64,000 bases of DNA from Podarcis muralis. Lineage: Eukaryota. The position numbers were made by a program, and so were the translations under genes. The notes beneath the pieces are model-generated. The model saw nothing but the letters and a program-made list of their open reading frames with translations. It made no database searches and had not been told where the DNA came from. Positions 36,401 through 48,200 of this stretch are shown here, piece after piece. Within the stretch, counting starts at the first letter, position 1, and every line of letters begins with the position of its first letter. Location of the stretch: assembly GCF_964188315.1 (NCBI RefSeq), contig NC_135667.1:9300001-9364000 (forward strand). The letters run 5' to 3'.

Positions 36401-39400
36401 CACTAAGGGCCAAGTCCCTTCAATGTGTGCTTGTGAAATGAAAACATCTGAATCTCTACATCATGTTATGTTTATCTGCCCTTTGTACAGTTCAGCCCGT
36501 GATAGTATACTAAACTCCATAATCCAGTCTATGGCCGACAAACCAGTAGACTTACAGCTTGCCTGGGTTCTTCAAGATGTGGATCCTTATATTACCCTAC
36601 AGGTTGCTAAATTCCTAACAGCCGTCCTCTCGTACAAGAGACGGAATGGAATGTTAGCAGATTATTGATAGCTATATGAATTTTCTATAATGACATCAGA
36701 TATTGATTTTAGTGTAGTGCCTAAAATTTTTAACCTTAATCTTAAACTTTTCTTATGAATGGCTAATATCTGTCCCTGTGAGTTGTGAACTGTGTTATAC
36801 TACTTGTGGTTTGTACGAGTCCGCTGTTTTATTTGATTTGTTTTGTTGTGTTGTGTTTCATGATGGGCGTAAAGCCGAATAAACATTTTGATTTTCATAG
36901 TTCAATACAATGGGTTCTCCAATATAGACGTAGAATCAATACCTCATTAAAATATCCATGCCACACAATTTTATGCTCACTAATAGTAATTGCTTTCCTA
37001 TCAGTAACATGTGGAGCTACACTTCCAACTTTTATTCTCTGAAAGGAATTGTTGGGGAAGGTGACCAGGTTCATGATGTCAAATCCACCACGCATTTCCC
37101 ATTGATTATTAAAGGAAATGGTTTCTCCAGCTGAATTGTTAAATGAGATGCCTTGAAGAAAGTGGTGGAGCTATTTGAAAAAAGAGAAGGAAATCAAAAC
37201 AGAAAAACAGCATGCTGAAGATTTCAGAATGGCCTTTGTTTCATTCATAGAAAGGAACTGTAAACCCCGTTTTCAAAACAAGAATAAAGTGTACCATTGT
37301 CATTATTTATCCAAGCAGGACAAAAGGTAATGTATTATCACAGAATTGATGCTTTTGAATTGTGGTGCTGGAGGAGACTCTTGAGAGTCCCATGGACTGC
37401 AAGAAGATCAAACGCATCCATTCTTAAGGAAATCAGCCCTGAGTGCTCACTGGAAGGACAGATCGTGAAGCTGAGGCTCCAGTACCTTGGCCACCTCATG
37501 AGAAGAGAAGACTCCCTGGAGAAGACCCTGATGCTGGGAAAGATGGAGGGCACAAGGAGAAGGGGGCGACAGAGGACGAGATGGTTGGATAGTGTTTTCG
37601 AGGTTACCAGCATGAGTTTGACCAAACTGCGGGAGGTAGTGGAGGACAGAGGTGCCTGGCGTGCTCTGGTCCATGGGGTCATGAAGAGTCGGACACGACT
37701 AAACGACTAAACAACAACAACAACAACATGAATATGTATATTGAAATACAAAGCATTTGTTGGGGAAACATTACCTGCCAAGGCTGCAGAGGCTGATGTT
37801 TGACACTGTAACCAACTACCTTTGATTTAGGTTTGGATCTACCAAAGTCCATGGCATGCAAAGCATGGGCCAAAGCATAAACAGCATTATAGATACTGTA
37901 GCTGTGTCCGGTCATGTGCATTTCAAAAAGACCTGCAGGGAGACTCTCCAGCCTCTCCTCTCCAGTACAAGTGTCATCATCCATCACAGGCATGTCTGGA
38001 TCTGGAAAGGAACAATCAAATGCTTGCTCCCAGAAATTTTGGAGAAAACCATCTCTTTCTGTCCTGGTAGGGTTTATATTCTGAAGAAATTCCCTGAAAC
38101 CTGGAATGTCGTTTGTGTGAATAGCAAATGAAATGGCACCCTGGAACATCTGGAAATCCCATCCTCTTGCGGCACCTGTTAATATAAAATCCGTTTGGGT
38201 TGTCACAATCCACACCTTTCCAAATAATGGGTTTTTCATATTTCCTGAATCTTGTGAATATATAAAAACTCTCAGATGCAAAATTATTAAAGATTCTCCA
38301 TACATGATAATTGTACCAGCTTTACGATCTTGGGAAGACAAATGAATTGCAGTAGAATCATAAAACTGATTTATGAAATCCTCCATATGAGCTTCTTGTG
38401 GGATTCTTTTGGTGAAGGCTGAACAGATTCCATTTCCAGAAAACAATGGCTCCAGTATTTTTAGGAATTGCTCTCCACTGTTATCATCCACAACAAAGAG
38501 CCCAACCCAGCTCCACCTAAAATGTTGAAGTAACAATATAATTCCCATATGCTCAATGTTTCCGTTTGGGACCATGCGGTAAAATGGAGGAACTTCCATT
38601 ATTTTGGTCTCTTCTATGGTAAATGAGCCATATGAAAGCTGTAAGAAAACACAGATACTGCATAGATTAGTTAGGAATAGTATTTTTTTAATCATTAGAG
38701 TCTCTTTCTGATCTTTGAAATTCAAGGAAATTTGATATCTCTAGTTCTTTCTTATGAACCATCACATTATTCTAAGTTGTAAATACAGAAATATATGATA
38801 TTACAACCAGCACCCATGCACATATCCTACCTGTGGTATCTTATATAGAGCTAAGACATCCATCAGATGGAAAGAAGTGTCGGAGCCCAGTCCTCCAATG
38901 ACAGCTAGGAGGTTTTTCTCTGTGGCACATTTGTAGTTTGGGAGAAACCTATGTGACTTGAAGATCAGATCCAGTGTGGTGCGATAGGTCATCCTTGCAT
39001 CATAATAGGTATCACAGATGTGGAAACCAAGTGTCACATTAGGCAGTATTTTGGGATTCTTGTTGATGTCATTTATGGCAAACACCAGGGCCAGAACATG
39101 CTGGTAAAACTTGGTAATGACTCTGCCAATAACATTACTTTCATTAATTCACAAAATGAATCTACAATGCAGGAAGAATTTATGCTATAAACCTCGTAGT
39201 TTCTGTGTCTGACAGAATTAAGTTTATTTACAGCAAAAGCCAAGAGAAATCCATCCTGCTAGAACTTGCTCACCACACTGAGAATAGAATCATTTTTCTA
39301 ATTCAGAAAATATACCTACAATGTATGGAGCTATTACTATAATCCCACTAATCTACATGAGCAATTGAATCTTACAGGAGTGGAAATATATTTTCCAATT

Positions 39401-39919
39401 GCTCCTGATTCCCTACAGATAACTGTTACGATTCTCACCAAACTTTATTTATATATTGTTACATATATGTGTTTTTCATCTATAATGCCTAGTGTCTTTA
39501 GAAACACTGTGATATCTTTAAAATAATATAACAATATGCTTCACCTCTATCCCAGTGCACAAGGTATATACATAAAGATGATTTCTTTTAGTGTTTTTAT
39601 ATTTCCCCATTCACAAATCTTTACAGAATTGGATACTACCCCATATATCCTCTGCATTTATAAAATATATACAATTTAACAGATTTGGCTAAGACGATCC
39701 TTACTGTGGAATGTCAAAGTGATTCTGGGAAGGGTGTTCTTTGAACAGAATTTCATGGAAGAAGTAAATTATCTGAGAAGTAATCCCACCAATGAGGAAA
39801 CCACCTGGCTGGTACCATTCATGTGGTATAGGTAGAGGATCACCTGTGTGACATTTCATGAGACCTACTTTGGACACAGTAGAAGGCAGAAGAAGAAGAA
39901 ACATTGTTTTTCCTAACAT
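33466..39919 (-). CDS. V2R gene D, intact
   Basis: Exons 39919-39705, 39122-38831, 38638-37775, 37170-36943, 34595-34469, 34367-33466; GT-AG, phases compatible, no stops seen. Confidence 0.92.
36093..36893 (+). mobile_element. Non-LTR retrotransposon 3' fragment (RTE-X-like, C-terminal CCHC knuckle)
   Basis: ORF 36108-36668 with CAC...[13 protein letters not shown]; AATAAA near the end; 17-bp TSD TTCATAGTTCAATACAA (36076-36092, 36894-36910). Clade assignment tentative. Confidence 0.78.
37340..37727 (+). mobile_element. RTE-BovB LINE 3' fragment
   Basis: [24 protein letters not shown]...[11 protein letters not shown]...[12 protein letters not shown], ending GAGTCGGACACGACT and a (CAA)n tail. 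Confidence 0.92.
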
Positions 39920-40786
39920 GCTTTCCTCAAAGTTTCTCTCTAAATATACCGTAAACTGTCCTGCACCTATTTCCTTCTAACTAGCTTTGACAAGACAATG
40001 GGAGAAAATTGTTGGAGATGTCCTTGCTTGCCAATTGCATTAAATCCCAACTTCCCATGGCACAGGTGTTCATTTATCATCGCTTCAGACTTGCTTACTG
40101 ACTGTTTTTTCGTACCTTTTTGAAAGTCTCTGGAGCTTTGACCACATGAGCAAATGATAATGCTGTGGATAACTGTGTGTGTGAGAGAGGGGGGGGGAAT
40201 TACTCTCTCAGTGTTTTGATACGAAGTGACTCTTCTGGTAGGCAACATGTTGGATCTTGTCTTCCATTTGGGAGCAGAAGTCTTCTCTGGTCCCTAAGAA
40301 AATAAGATATGGGAGCTTGACTCCAAATTTACATGATCAAAAATATCATGCCTGACTGAACAAGTAGCTTTTCATATTAATCAAAAAGTGTTATTTATAC
40401 CTCATCTATGGCTAATTATTATATTTAATAATTTCTGTATGTACGCTATTTCTGGATACTGTACTGGAATAAGCATATATTTGTGCTTTACCTGTAAGTG
40501 AATTGATGTTCTTTAGTCAATATACAACAACAGAGTATTTTTTATGATTATAATTTTATGGGATGCCATGTGAGGAATTTATCTCTGCAGGACTGATGGG
40601 GGGGGGTGGATGGAGTTTTTCTATATATGCATTCCAACTTTTGCGACAAATTGAGGTAGATATGTAGCTACATGAATGCACTCCAATCTCAAGTTTTAAT
40701 GTTGTAAATTTCTTTTTATGTTGTAAACTGCTACAGAATACATTGTATGGTTTTAGATGAAAGTTTCCTTTTATTCCTTTTTTTCT

Positions 40787-43002
40787 TCTGAAGTTTACTA
40801 TACAGCGGAAAGGAGCAGCCAAGCATACTAGGACTCAATTTCTTGACTTTAAGAAAGCCGACTTCATAAAACTTAGGGAAGTGCTGGGTGAGATCCCATG
40901 GACAGTAATACTAAAAGGAAAGGGAGTTCATGATGGCTGGGAGTTTGTTAAGAGGGAGATAGTAAAAGCACAACTTCAGGCAATACCAATGAGACGGAAA
41001 CATGGAAGGTGCCTAAAGAAGCCAGGGTGGCTATCTAAAGAACTTTTAACTGAGTTAAGATTAAAAAAGGATGTGTACAAAAAATGGAAAAGGGGGGAAA
41101 CCACCAAAGTGGAATTCAAAAAAATAGCCAGCACGTGTAGACACAAAGTCAGAAAAGCTAAAGCACAGAATGAACTCAGGCTTGCTAGAGAGGTTAAAAG
41201 CAACAAAAAAGGCTTTTATGGGTATGTCTGTAGCAAAAGGAAGAACAAAGAAACAGTGGGGTCACTCAGAGGAGAAGATGGTGAAATGCAAACAGGGGAC
41301 ACAGAAAGGGCTGAACTCCTCAATGCCTTCTTTGCCTCAGTCTTCTCCGATAAAGAAAACAATGCCCGACCTGAAGAATTTGGAGCAAATGATTCAGCAG
41401 AGGAAACACAGCCCAGAATAACTAAGGAAATAGTACAAGAATACTTGGCTAGTCTAGATGTATTCAAGTCTCCAGGGCCAGATGAACTGCATCCAAGAGT
41501 ATTAAAAGAACTGGCAGATGTGATTTCAGAACCACTGGCAGTCATCTTTGAGAATTCCTGGAGAACAGGCGAAGTCCCGGCAGACTGGAGGAGGGCAAAT
41601 GTTGTCCCTATTTTCAAAAAGGGGAAAAGAGAGGACCCAAATAATTATCGCCCAGTCAGTCTGACATCAATACCAGGGAAGATTCTAGAGCAGATCATTA
41701 AGCAAACAGTCTGTGAGCACCTAGAAAGGAATGCTGTGATCACCAATAGTCAGCATGGATTTCTGAAAAATAAGTCATGTCAGACTAACCTGATCTCGTT
41801 TTTTGACAGAATTACAAGCCTGGTAGATGAAGGGAACGCAGTGGATGTAGTCTACCTTGATTTCAGCAAGGCATTTGACAAGGTGCCCCATGATATTCTT
41901 GTAAAGAAGCTGGTAAAATGCGGTCTTGACTATGCTACCACTCAGTGGATTTGTAACTGGCTGACTGACCGAACCCAAAGGGTGCTCATCAATGGTTCCT
42001 CTTCATCCTGGAGAAGAGTGACTAGTGGGGTGCCACAGGGTTCTGTCTTGGGCCCGGTCTTATTCAACATCTTTATCAATGACTTGGATGATGGACTCAA
42101 GGGCATCCTGATCAAATTTGCAGATGACACCAAACTGGGAGGGGTGGCTAACACCCCAGAGGACAGGATCACACTTCAAAACGACCTTGACAGATTAGAG
42201 AACTGGGCCAAAACAAACAAGATGAACTTTAACAGGGAGAAATGTAAAGTATTGCACTTGGGCAAAAAAAATGAGAGGCACAAATACAAGATGGGGGACA
42301 CCTGGCTTGAGAGCAGTACATGTGAAAAGGATCTAGGAGTCTTGGTTGACCACAAACTTGACATGAGCCAACAGTGTGACGCGGCAGCTAAAAAAGCCAA
42401 TGCAATTCTGGGCTGCATCAATAGGAGTATAGCATCTAGATCAAGGGAAGTAATAGTGCCACTGTATTCTGCTCTGGTCAGACCTCACCTGGAGTACTGT
42501 GTCCAGTTCTGGGCACCACAGTTCAAGAAGGACACTGACAAACTGGAACGTGTCCAGAGGAGGGCAACCAAAATGGTCAAAGGCCTGGAAACGATGCCTT
42601 ATGAGGAACGGCTAAGGGAGCTAGGCATGTTTAGCCTAGAGAAGAGGAGGTTAAGGGGTTATATGATAGCCATGTTCAAATATATAAAAGGATGTCACAT
42701 AGAGGAGGGAGAAAGGTTGTTTTCTGCTGCTCCAGAGAAGCGGACACGGAGCAATGGATCCAAACTACAAGAAAGAAGATTCCACCTAAACATTAGGAAG
42801 AACTTCCTGACAGTAAGAGCTGTTCGACAGTGGAATTTGCTGCCAAGGAGTGTGGTGGAGTCTCCTTCTTTGGAGGTCTTTAAGCAGAGGCTTGACAACC
42901 ATATGTCAGGAGTGCTCTGATGGTGTTTCCTGCTTGGCAGGGGGTTGGACTCGATGGCCCTTGTGGTCTCTTCCAACTCTATGATTCTATGATTCTATGA
43001 TT
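40787..43002 (+). mobile_element. 5'-truncated CR1 LINE with open 679-aa ORF2 (40881-42920)
   Basis: RT motifs [26 protein letters not shown]; (ATTCTATG)n tail; interrupts sequence that is contiguous in the paralog at 14030-14060. Confidence 0.95.
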
Positions 43003-43387
43003 CCCTGTTGTCTGTTGTAAAGGCCTTTCACCTATATACAATAAAATGGATTGATTGATTAAAATGGTGAATGTTGGGGTGGGCATTAATATCCAAGGGA
43101 ATAAAACTTTGGTTGTAGACATATATGCACGAAATGAAGAGAAATCTATATTTTATGAAGGACTTATGGATAGGTTGATGGACTTTTCATATGAAAATTG
43201 ATGCCTTATGGGAAACTGGAATAGAGACAGACCTTCAGAGAAAAATATTAAAAATTTCCAGGGTAAACTACCTAAAGTTTTCTTTGAAATGATGGATAAT
43301 ATGGAAATTGTTGACATCCAGAGATATAAAAATGGAGATGCAAAGCAATTTACACATTTCAGTGAGAGACCCAGCTCTTTCTCAACA

Positions 43388-43605
43388 CAGTGGTACCACT
43401 GGTTATGAACTTCATTTGTTCCGGAGGTCCGTTCTTAACCTGAAACCGTTCTTAACCTGAGGTACTACTTTAGATAATGGGGCCTCCCACTGCCGCCGGG
43501 CCGCGATTTCTGTTCTTATCCTGAGGCAAAGTTCTTTACCCGAGGTACTGTGTCTGGGTTAGCGGAGTCTGTAACCTGAAGTGTTTGTAACCCAAGGTAC
43601 CACTG
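43388..43605. mobile_element. Tigger-like MITE
   Basis: CAGTGGTACCACTGGTT ... AACCCAAGGTACCACTG-TA. Confidence 0.85.
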
Positions 43606-43811
43606 TAAGAGATATGATATGGTTGACTAAGACGCCAGCAATTGAAGTGAATAAAGTAGACATATTACCAGATCGCAATCCAGTCATTATGACTCTCAAA
43701 AGTTTTATTAGATGGAGGTTTAATGCATTGTTGTTAAAACAAGAGAAGGTTGTACAAGATTGCAAAGACAGTTTAAAAGGGTTATTTGAAAATAAGTTTG
43801 ATAAAGACATA

Positions 43812-44095
43812 GGAGAAGGAGAAGAAGAAGAGGAGGAGGAGGAGAGGAGGAGGTGGCGTTTGGATTTGACATCCCACTTTATCACTACCCTAAGGAGTCT
43901 CAAAGTGGCTAACAGTCTCCTTTCCCTTCCTCCCCCACAACAAACACCCTGTGAGGTGAGTGAGGCTGAGAGACGTCAGAGAAGTCTGACTAGCCCAAGG
44001 TCACCCAGCAGCTGCATGTGAAGGAGCAGGGAATTGAACCTGGTTCACCAGATTACGAGTCCACTGCTCTTAAGCACTACACCACACTGTCTCTC
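43812..44095 (-). mobile_element. tRNA-derived squamate SINE (Squam3-like), copy 3
   Basis: Same body as 3026-3277, with a (GAA/GAG)n tail on the plus strand. Confidence 0.85.
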
Positions 44096-45061
44096 GAAGG
44101 GATACAGATGGTTTGGGATGCAAGTAAAGCTTACATAAAAGGTGGCAAATTTGGTTGGAAGCACAGTGATCCTTTTTTTTTTTTTAAGATGTGATCACAG
44201 ATGGTCTTTGTTCTCTAAAAGAGAATCAGGACCCAAGGCATAGGAGCAAACTCCTAGAGACCGAAGGGTTTTCGACCCACCTGATAAAATATGTGAGGTT
44301 GATGGGGGAACCATTTGCCATTCAAAGTTGATGGGCGAACAATTTGCCATACAAATGCTGCCCGTGCACCATGTCATGTGACTGATTATGCAGGGCAGGG
44401 TTTACGTGCCCTCTCCCAATATTTTATTCAAGTTCGTACCTCTGCCCCAAGGCGAAGCCATCGTCTTGACTGGGGACACAATGAAGTGCTAAATCTGCTG
44501 GAGCCTGTTGTTGACTCTGACCTTACTTATTGTTGGCCTCCATACCTTCTTTCCTATGAGTCCCAATGAGAAACACACATCAATGGCTAAATACTCTGCC
44601 TGAACTAAACTCTATCTCAGCTGTCTTGAAGCTAGGCCAAGGCTTTACAGAGAGATGTTAGCAGCACAGGCATGGGCTTAAATTACCAAATTCACCTCCA
44701 AATTCCAATTTGGAATTAATTTGGAATTAATTGGCATTTGTATAAATTGTATAATTGGAGTAATATTGGGTTAATATTGGAAAACTTATTTGGCATAACT
44801 TACTGAATTCATCTAACCAGAACTACAGACTAGGAACACATACTTTCTAAGCAAAAAGTCTCAGGTTCATTCCTAACCATCTTCAGTTAAGGCTGGGGAA
44901 GTCTCTCTCTGGTGCAAATGACATATGTTTGGTCAGCTCCTGCTGTGAACTCTAGGACTTGTAGTGAATTCCCAAGTCACCAAGGGGAGTACCCTGTTCT
45001 GCCTCATTCACCCAGACTCACGTATTTGGATCAGTTTTGAGAGCTACCATCTGCTAAGGAG

Positions 45062-45089
45062 GGTTTTTGACTCACTTCCTCTCAATGTG
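45062..45089 (-). promoter_or_regulatory. RSS of IGHV2 with a 12-bp spacer
   Basis: Minus strand: CACATTG (45089-45083), spacer AGAGGAAGTGAG (12 bp), nonamer TCAAAAACC (45070-45062). Confidence 0.85.
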
Positions 45090-45530
45090 TCTCTTCTCAC
45101 ACAGTAATATAGAGCAGTGTCTTCAGGTTTCAGATTGTTCATCTGCAGGTACACCATACTTGATGGATTGTCTCTAGAGATGGTGAAGCGCCCTTTTACT
45201 GAATCAGCATAAAACTGTGTGCTCCCACTCTCGTATATCCTTGCAATCCATTCCAGTCCCTTTCCAGGAACCTGTCGCACCCAATGCATCTCATAGCTAC
45301 TGAACGTGAATCCTGAACCTTTACAGGAGAGGCGGAGGGACTCTCCGGGCCTTCTAATGCCCCCTTCAGATGGCTCAAGCTGAATCGCTGAATGGACGTC
45401 TGTAAAGAAATATATATTATAAAACAAACCACTACATACTTCAGCATCTTCTTGCCAAGGGAATCTGAAAGGGCAGGGAGATACCTCTGAGCACTGCTGC
45501 AAAGAAGACAAATTGGAGCCAAAAGAACAT
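45090..45530 (-). CDS. IGHV: Immunoglobulin heavy-chain variable segment IGHV2, open reading frame
   Basis: Leader exon 45530-45485 ([15 protein letters not shown]-), 85-bp intron, V exon 45399-45090 ([14 protein letters not shown]...[30 protein letters not shown]...[11 protein letters not shown]). Confidence 0.95.
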
Positions 45531-45620
45531 TTTTCCTACTGCCATTTGGAGAGATATGAATTTGTAAGTGGTCACAGAGACATGGGGTTGTGGTCCTGGG
45601 TAGGGAGACAATGTTGACTG

Positions 45621-45652
45621 ATTTAAAGAGGAAGCTGCTTCTTTATTTGCAT
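45621..45652 (-). promoter_or_regulatory. IGHV2 promoter: octamer ATGCAAAT plus TATA-like
   Basis: ATTTGCAT on plus at 45645-45652, about 115 bp upstream of the ATG; context similar to the IGHV1 promoter. Confidence 0.85.
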
Positions 45653-48155
45653 ACCACAGTGAGGATAAGAGAGAAATGCAGCGAGTTTGCAACCTCTGTC
45701 TTTTTGCGAACATGACTTAGGGACTTGGTAGGGATGAGGAAATCTACTGAATTCAGTGCCTCCCAGTTCCTCTCAGTTTGCCCCCGTTTTCCAAACTTAA
45801 TTTCAGTTATACATATTTCTCACCTTATATATATTTCCACAAAGTTTCATCAGCAGATTTCTCCTAATATGCACATTATTATATGCAATTTTGCTTCGGG
45901 GTATTTTCACAAATATATGCATATATCTGCATAGTTTACAGCACTATATGATTTGGTTGTTGCTGTTGTTTTGTACACATTGCCTGGCTGTAGAACTGCA
46001 TTGCAAAATTCAGAAAGTATGAATTTTGAAAGATGGTTACCTTGGTTCATGTATTGTTTCAGAAAGTTTGAATTAGGTGTGTTCTTTAAATCCCAATGAA
46101 ATTTCATTTCTGCCCCATCCCTAGGAGTAGGTGGTTATTATTATTATTATTTCATTTACGTCTTCTTCCATGGCCTCAAGGTGAGATATATGGTTCTCAT
46201 CCTCCCCATTTTATCCTCACAGCAATTTCATGAGGTAAGTTATACTGGGTGACAATGACTGGCAGAAGGTCACCAGGTCCTAGTAGGATGTGCTAACCAC
46301 TAGAACACACACACATGCACAGTAATAGGGCAAGAATCAAGGTTCAAATGATAAGTCAAGGAGACTGATTTAAAGTCAAGTAAAAATAAAGTACAGCAGT
46401 TCAGCTGTGTAAAAAGCTGCTTGTAAAATCAGAACTCTTGGAGGATTTCAAAGATGAATGCAGAGCAGCTGACTTCTGTATGCTGGGTGTGGGAGCGCCA
46501 TTCTGCTCTTTGCCTGGTATCTTGGGAAAGCCCATCTCACAGTGGAGGCTGGTCCATTAGGACTGCCCCATCAGCCTCAGTCTGCCCTCAGCTAGCCTCC
46601 AACTGCCTGCCTTCTTGCTTACAACCAGTCCAGGGTGTGGTCCTGCCTGTCAGCTTCCTCCTTCTTAGTCTCAGTGTTGTCCTGCGGGGAGGAGGATGGG
46701 GACAAAACAAGCAGTTGGGCCTTTCTTGTCACTGGCTCTGCTCCATCTGCTGTTGTAGATTGAAAAAGAAACTTTAAGCATTCACACAGAGCAACTCAGC
46801 AATGAAAGAAACTGCTCACTCGTTGGTGGTTTGTTTGTTTCTTAAAGGTTATGTGATTACCCACCATGACTGTCTGTTGTATGGTTGACTCATTTCTGCC
46901 TGCTCACGGAAGAGAGAAGCCTTTCTCTTGCAAAGTGGGTAGGGGGCAATATAAGCCCTACTGAATAACAGGTTTCAGGTGGCAGAGAAGAACACAGGAA
47001 GAGCCTGATGGAAGGCCAATGGCCCATCTAGTTAAGCGCAGTGGCCACTCAGATGTCTGCAAGAAATGTTCAAGGAAGACCCAAGCACAAGAGCACCTTT
47101 CTCTCCTCCAGCTTCCAGCAACTGGTATTCAGAAGCATACTGACTCCAACCCTGGAGAGATTGGGTTAGAGAACGGAATGAGTGGCTACTGCAAAGAGCC
47201 ATGGTTTCAGGCAGGGTGTCTCTTCCAGCCCTACTTGGAGATGCTGGAAATTGAACTTTGTCCTGTCTACATGCAAAGCAAATGATCCACCATGTGGCTA
47301 TGTCCCTGTCCTGGTTCTGTTTTCCCCACCTACCATAAACTATCAATGAAACCTAAAAAGCATGGGTAATGGCTCAAGAAAGCTGACCTAAAGAAGCATA
47401 TGCATCTAAAGCCATTCTATTAATTGAGCATGGCATCAGACTGCCTTGGCTTTTGGTTAAAAAATTGTAGGGAAGTTTCTTGGGGAATCAGACTCTTGAG
47501 GGACCTACATAGTGTTAGTTTTCAGACAGTTGCAGAGGGGACACTGCTTTATGGTTGAAGCTGCAACCCTTCATGCTCATCTGCCAGTGGTGTTTTGTAT
47601 TCTGTATATGCCAATGCTGCCACCTTGTGTGAAGTAGGTGGAGGACAATTGCCAGTCCTGTGCTTTAAAAAATGGGTGCTTCTGCTACAATGTGAAACTT
47701 CCACAGTTGTGGACTTGGGTACTATGGCACCCTGTGCAAGGCCAACATTTGGCATGCCCTCCCCCCGCCCTCATGCTGCCTTCCCAAAGGTGGGCAAGGA
47801 GATACCCAGGTTTGGGAAGAAGGGGCATGGGCTCTGGCAGGGTACTAGAGCCCTCCTACTTCCTTCTTAGAGCCAAGAAAGCAATAAAACTCTTTCTCCC
47901 AATCCATTTTCCTTTTGTGCTATGTCATTTTAGATTGTAAACCTGAAGGCCAGTACATTTTGTTTGTTTATGAAGTAAAAGACTTCTTCACACAGCACAA
48001 AGTTGAACTATGGAATTTGTTCCTGTTAGAGACAGTGATGCTCAGCAACTTGAATGCCCTTAAAAGGTGGTTAGGCAAATGCATAGGGGTTAAGGTGGAG
48101 AACGGTTGGCTACTGTGGGTGAGGATATGGTCGAACATTGTGAATTGTGAGTTCT

Positions 48156-48200
48156 GGGGTACATAAGCCTGGGGTACATAAGCCTGGTGTACATAAGCCT
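48156..48200. repeat. 15-bp tandem repeat, 3 copies
   Basis: GGGGTACATAAGCCT, GGGGTACATAAGCCT, GGTGTACATAAGCCT. Confidence 0.85.

Larger units (their letters stand above)
43060..44150 (+). mobile_element. L1/Tx1-like endonuclease fragment interrupted by a MITE and a SINE
   Basis: Paralogous to 14095-14425 plus 15140-15390. Confidence 0.7.

Noticed and set aside
44162-46544. Isolated CACAGTG heptamers (44162, 45655, 46538)
   Set aside because: No nonamer at either spacer length.
46280-46800. Possible solo LTR or exon between IGHV2 and V2R E
   Set aside because: No TG...CA ends, TSD or recognisable protein motif could be established by eye.
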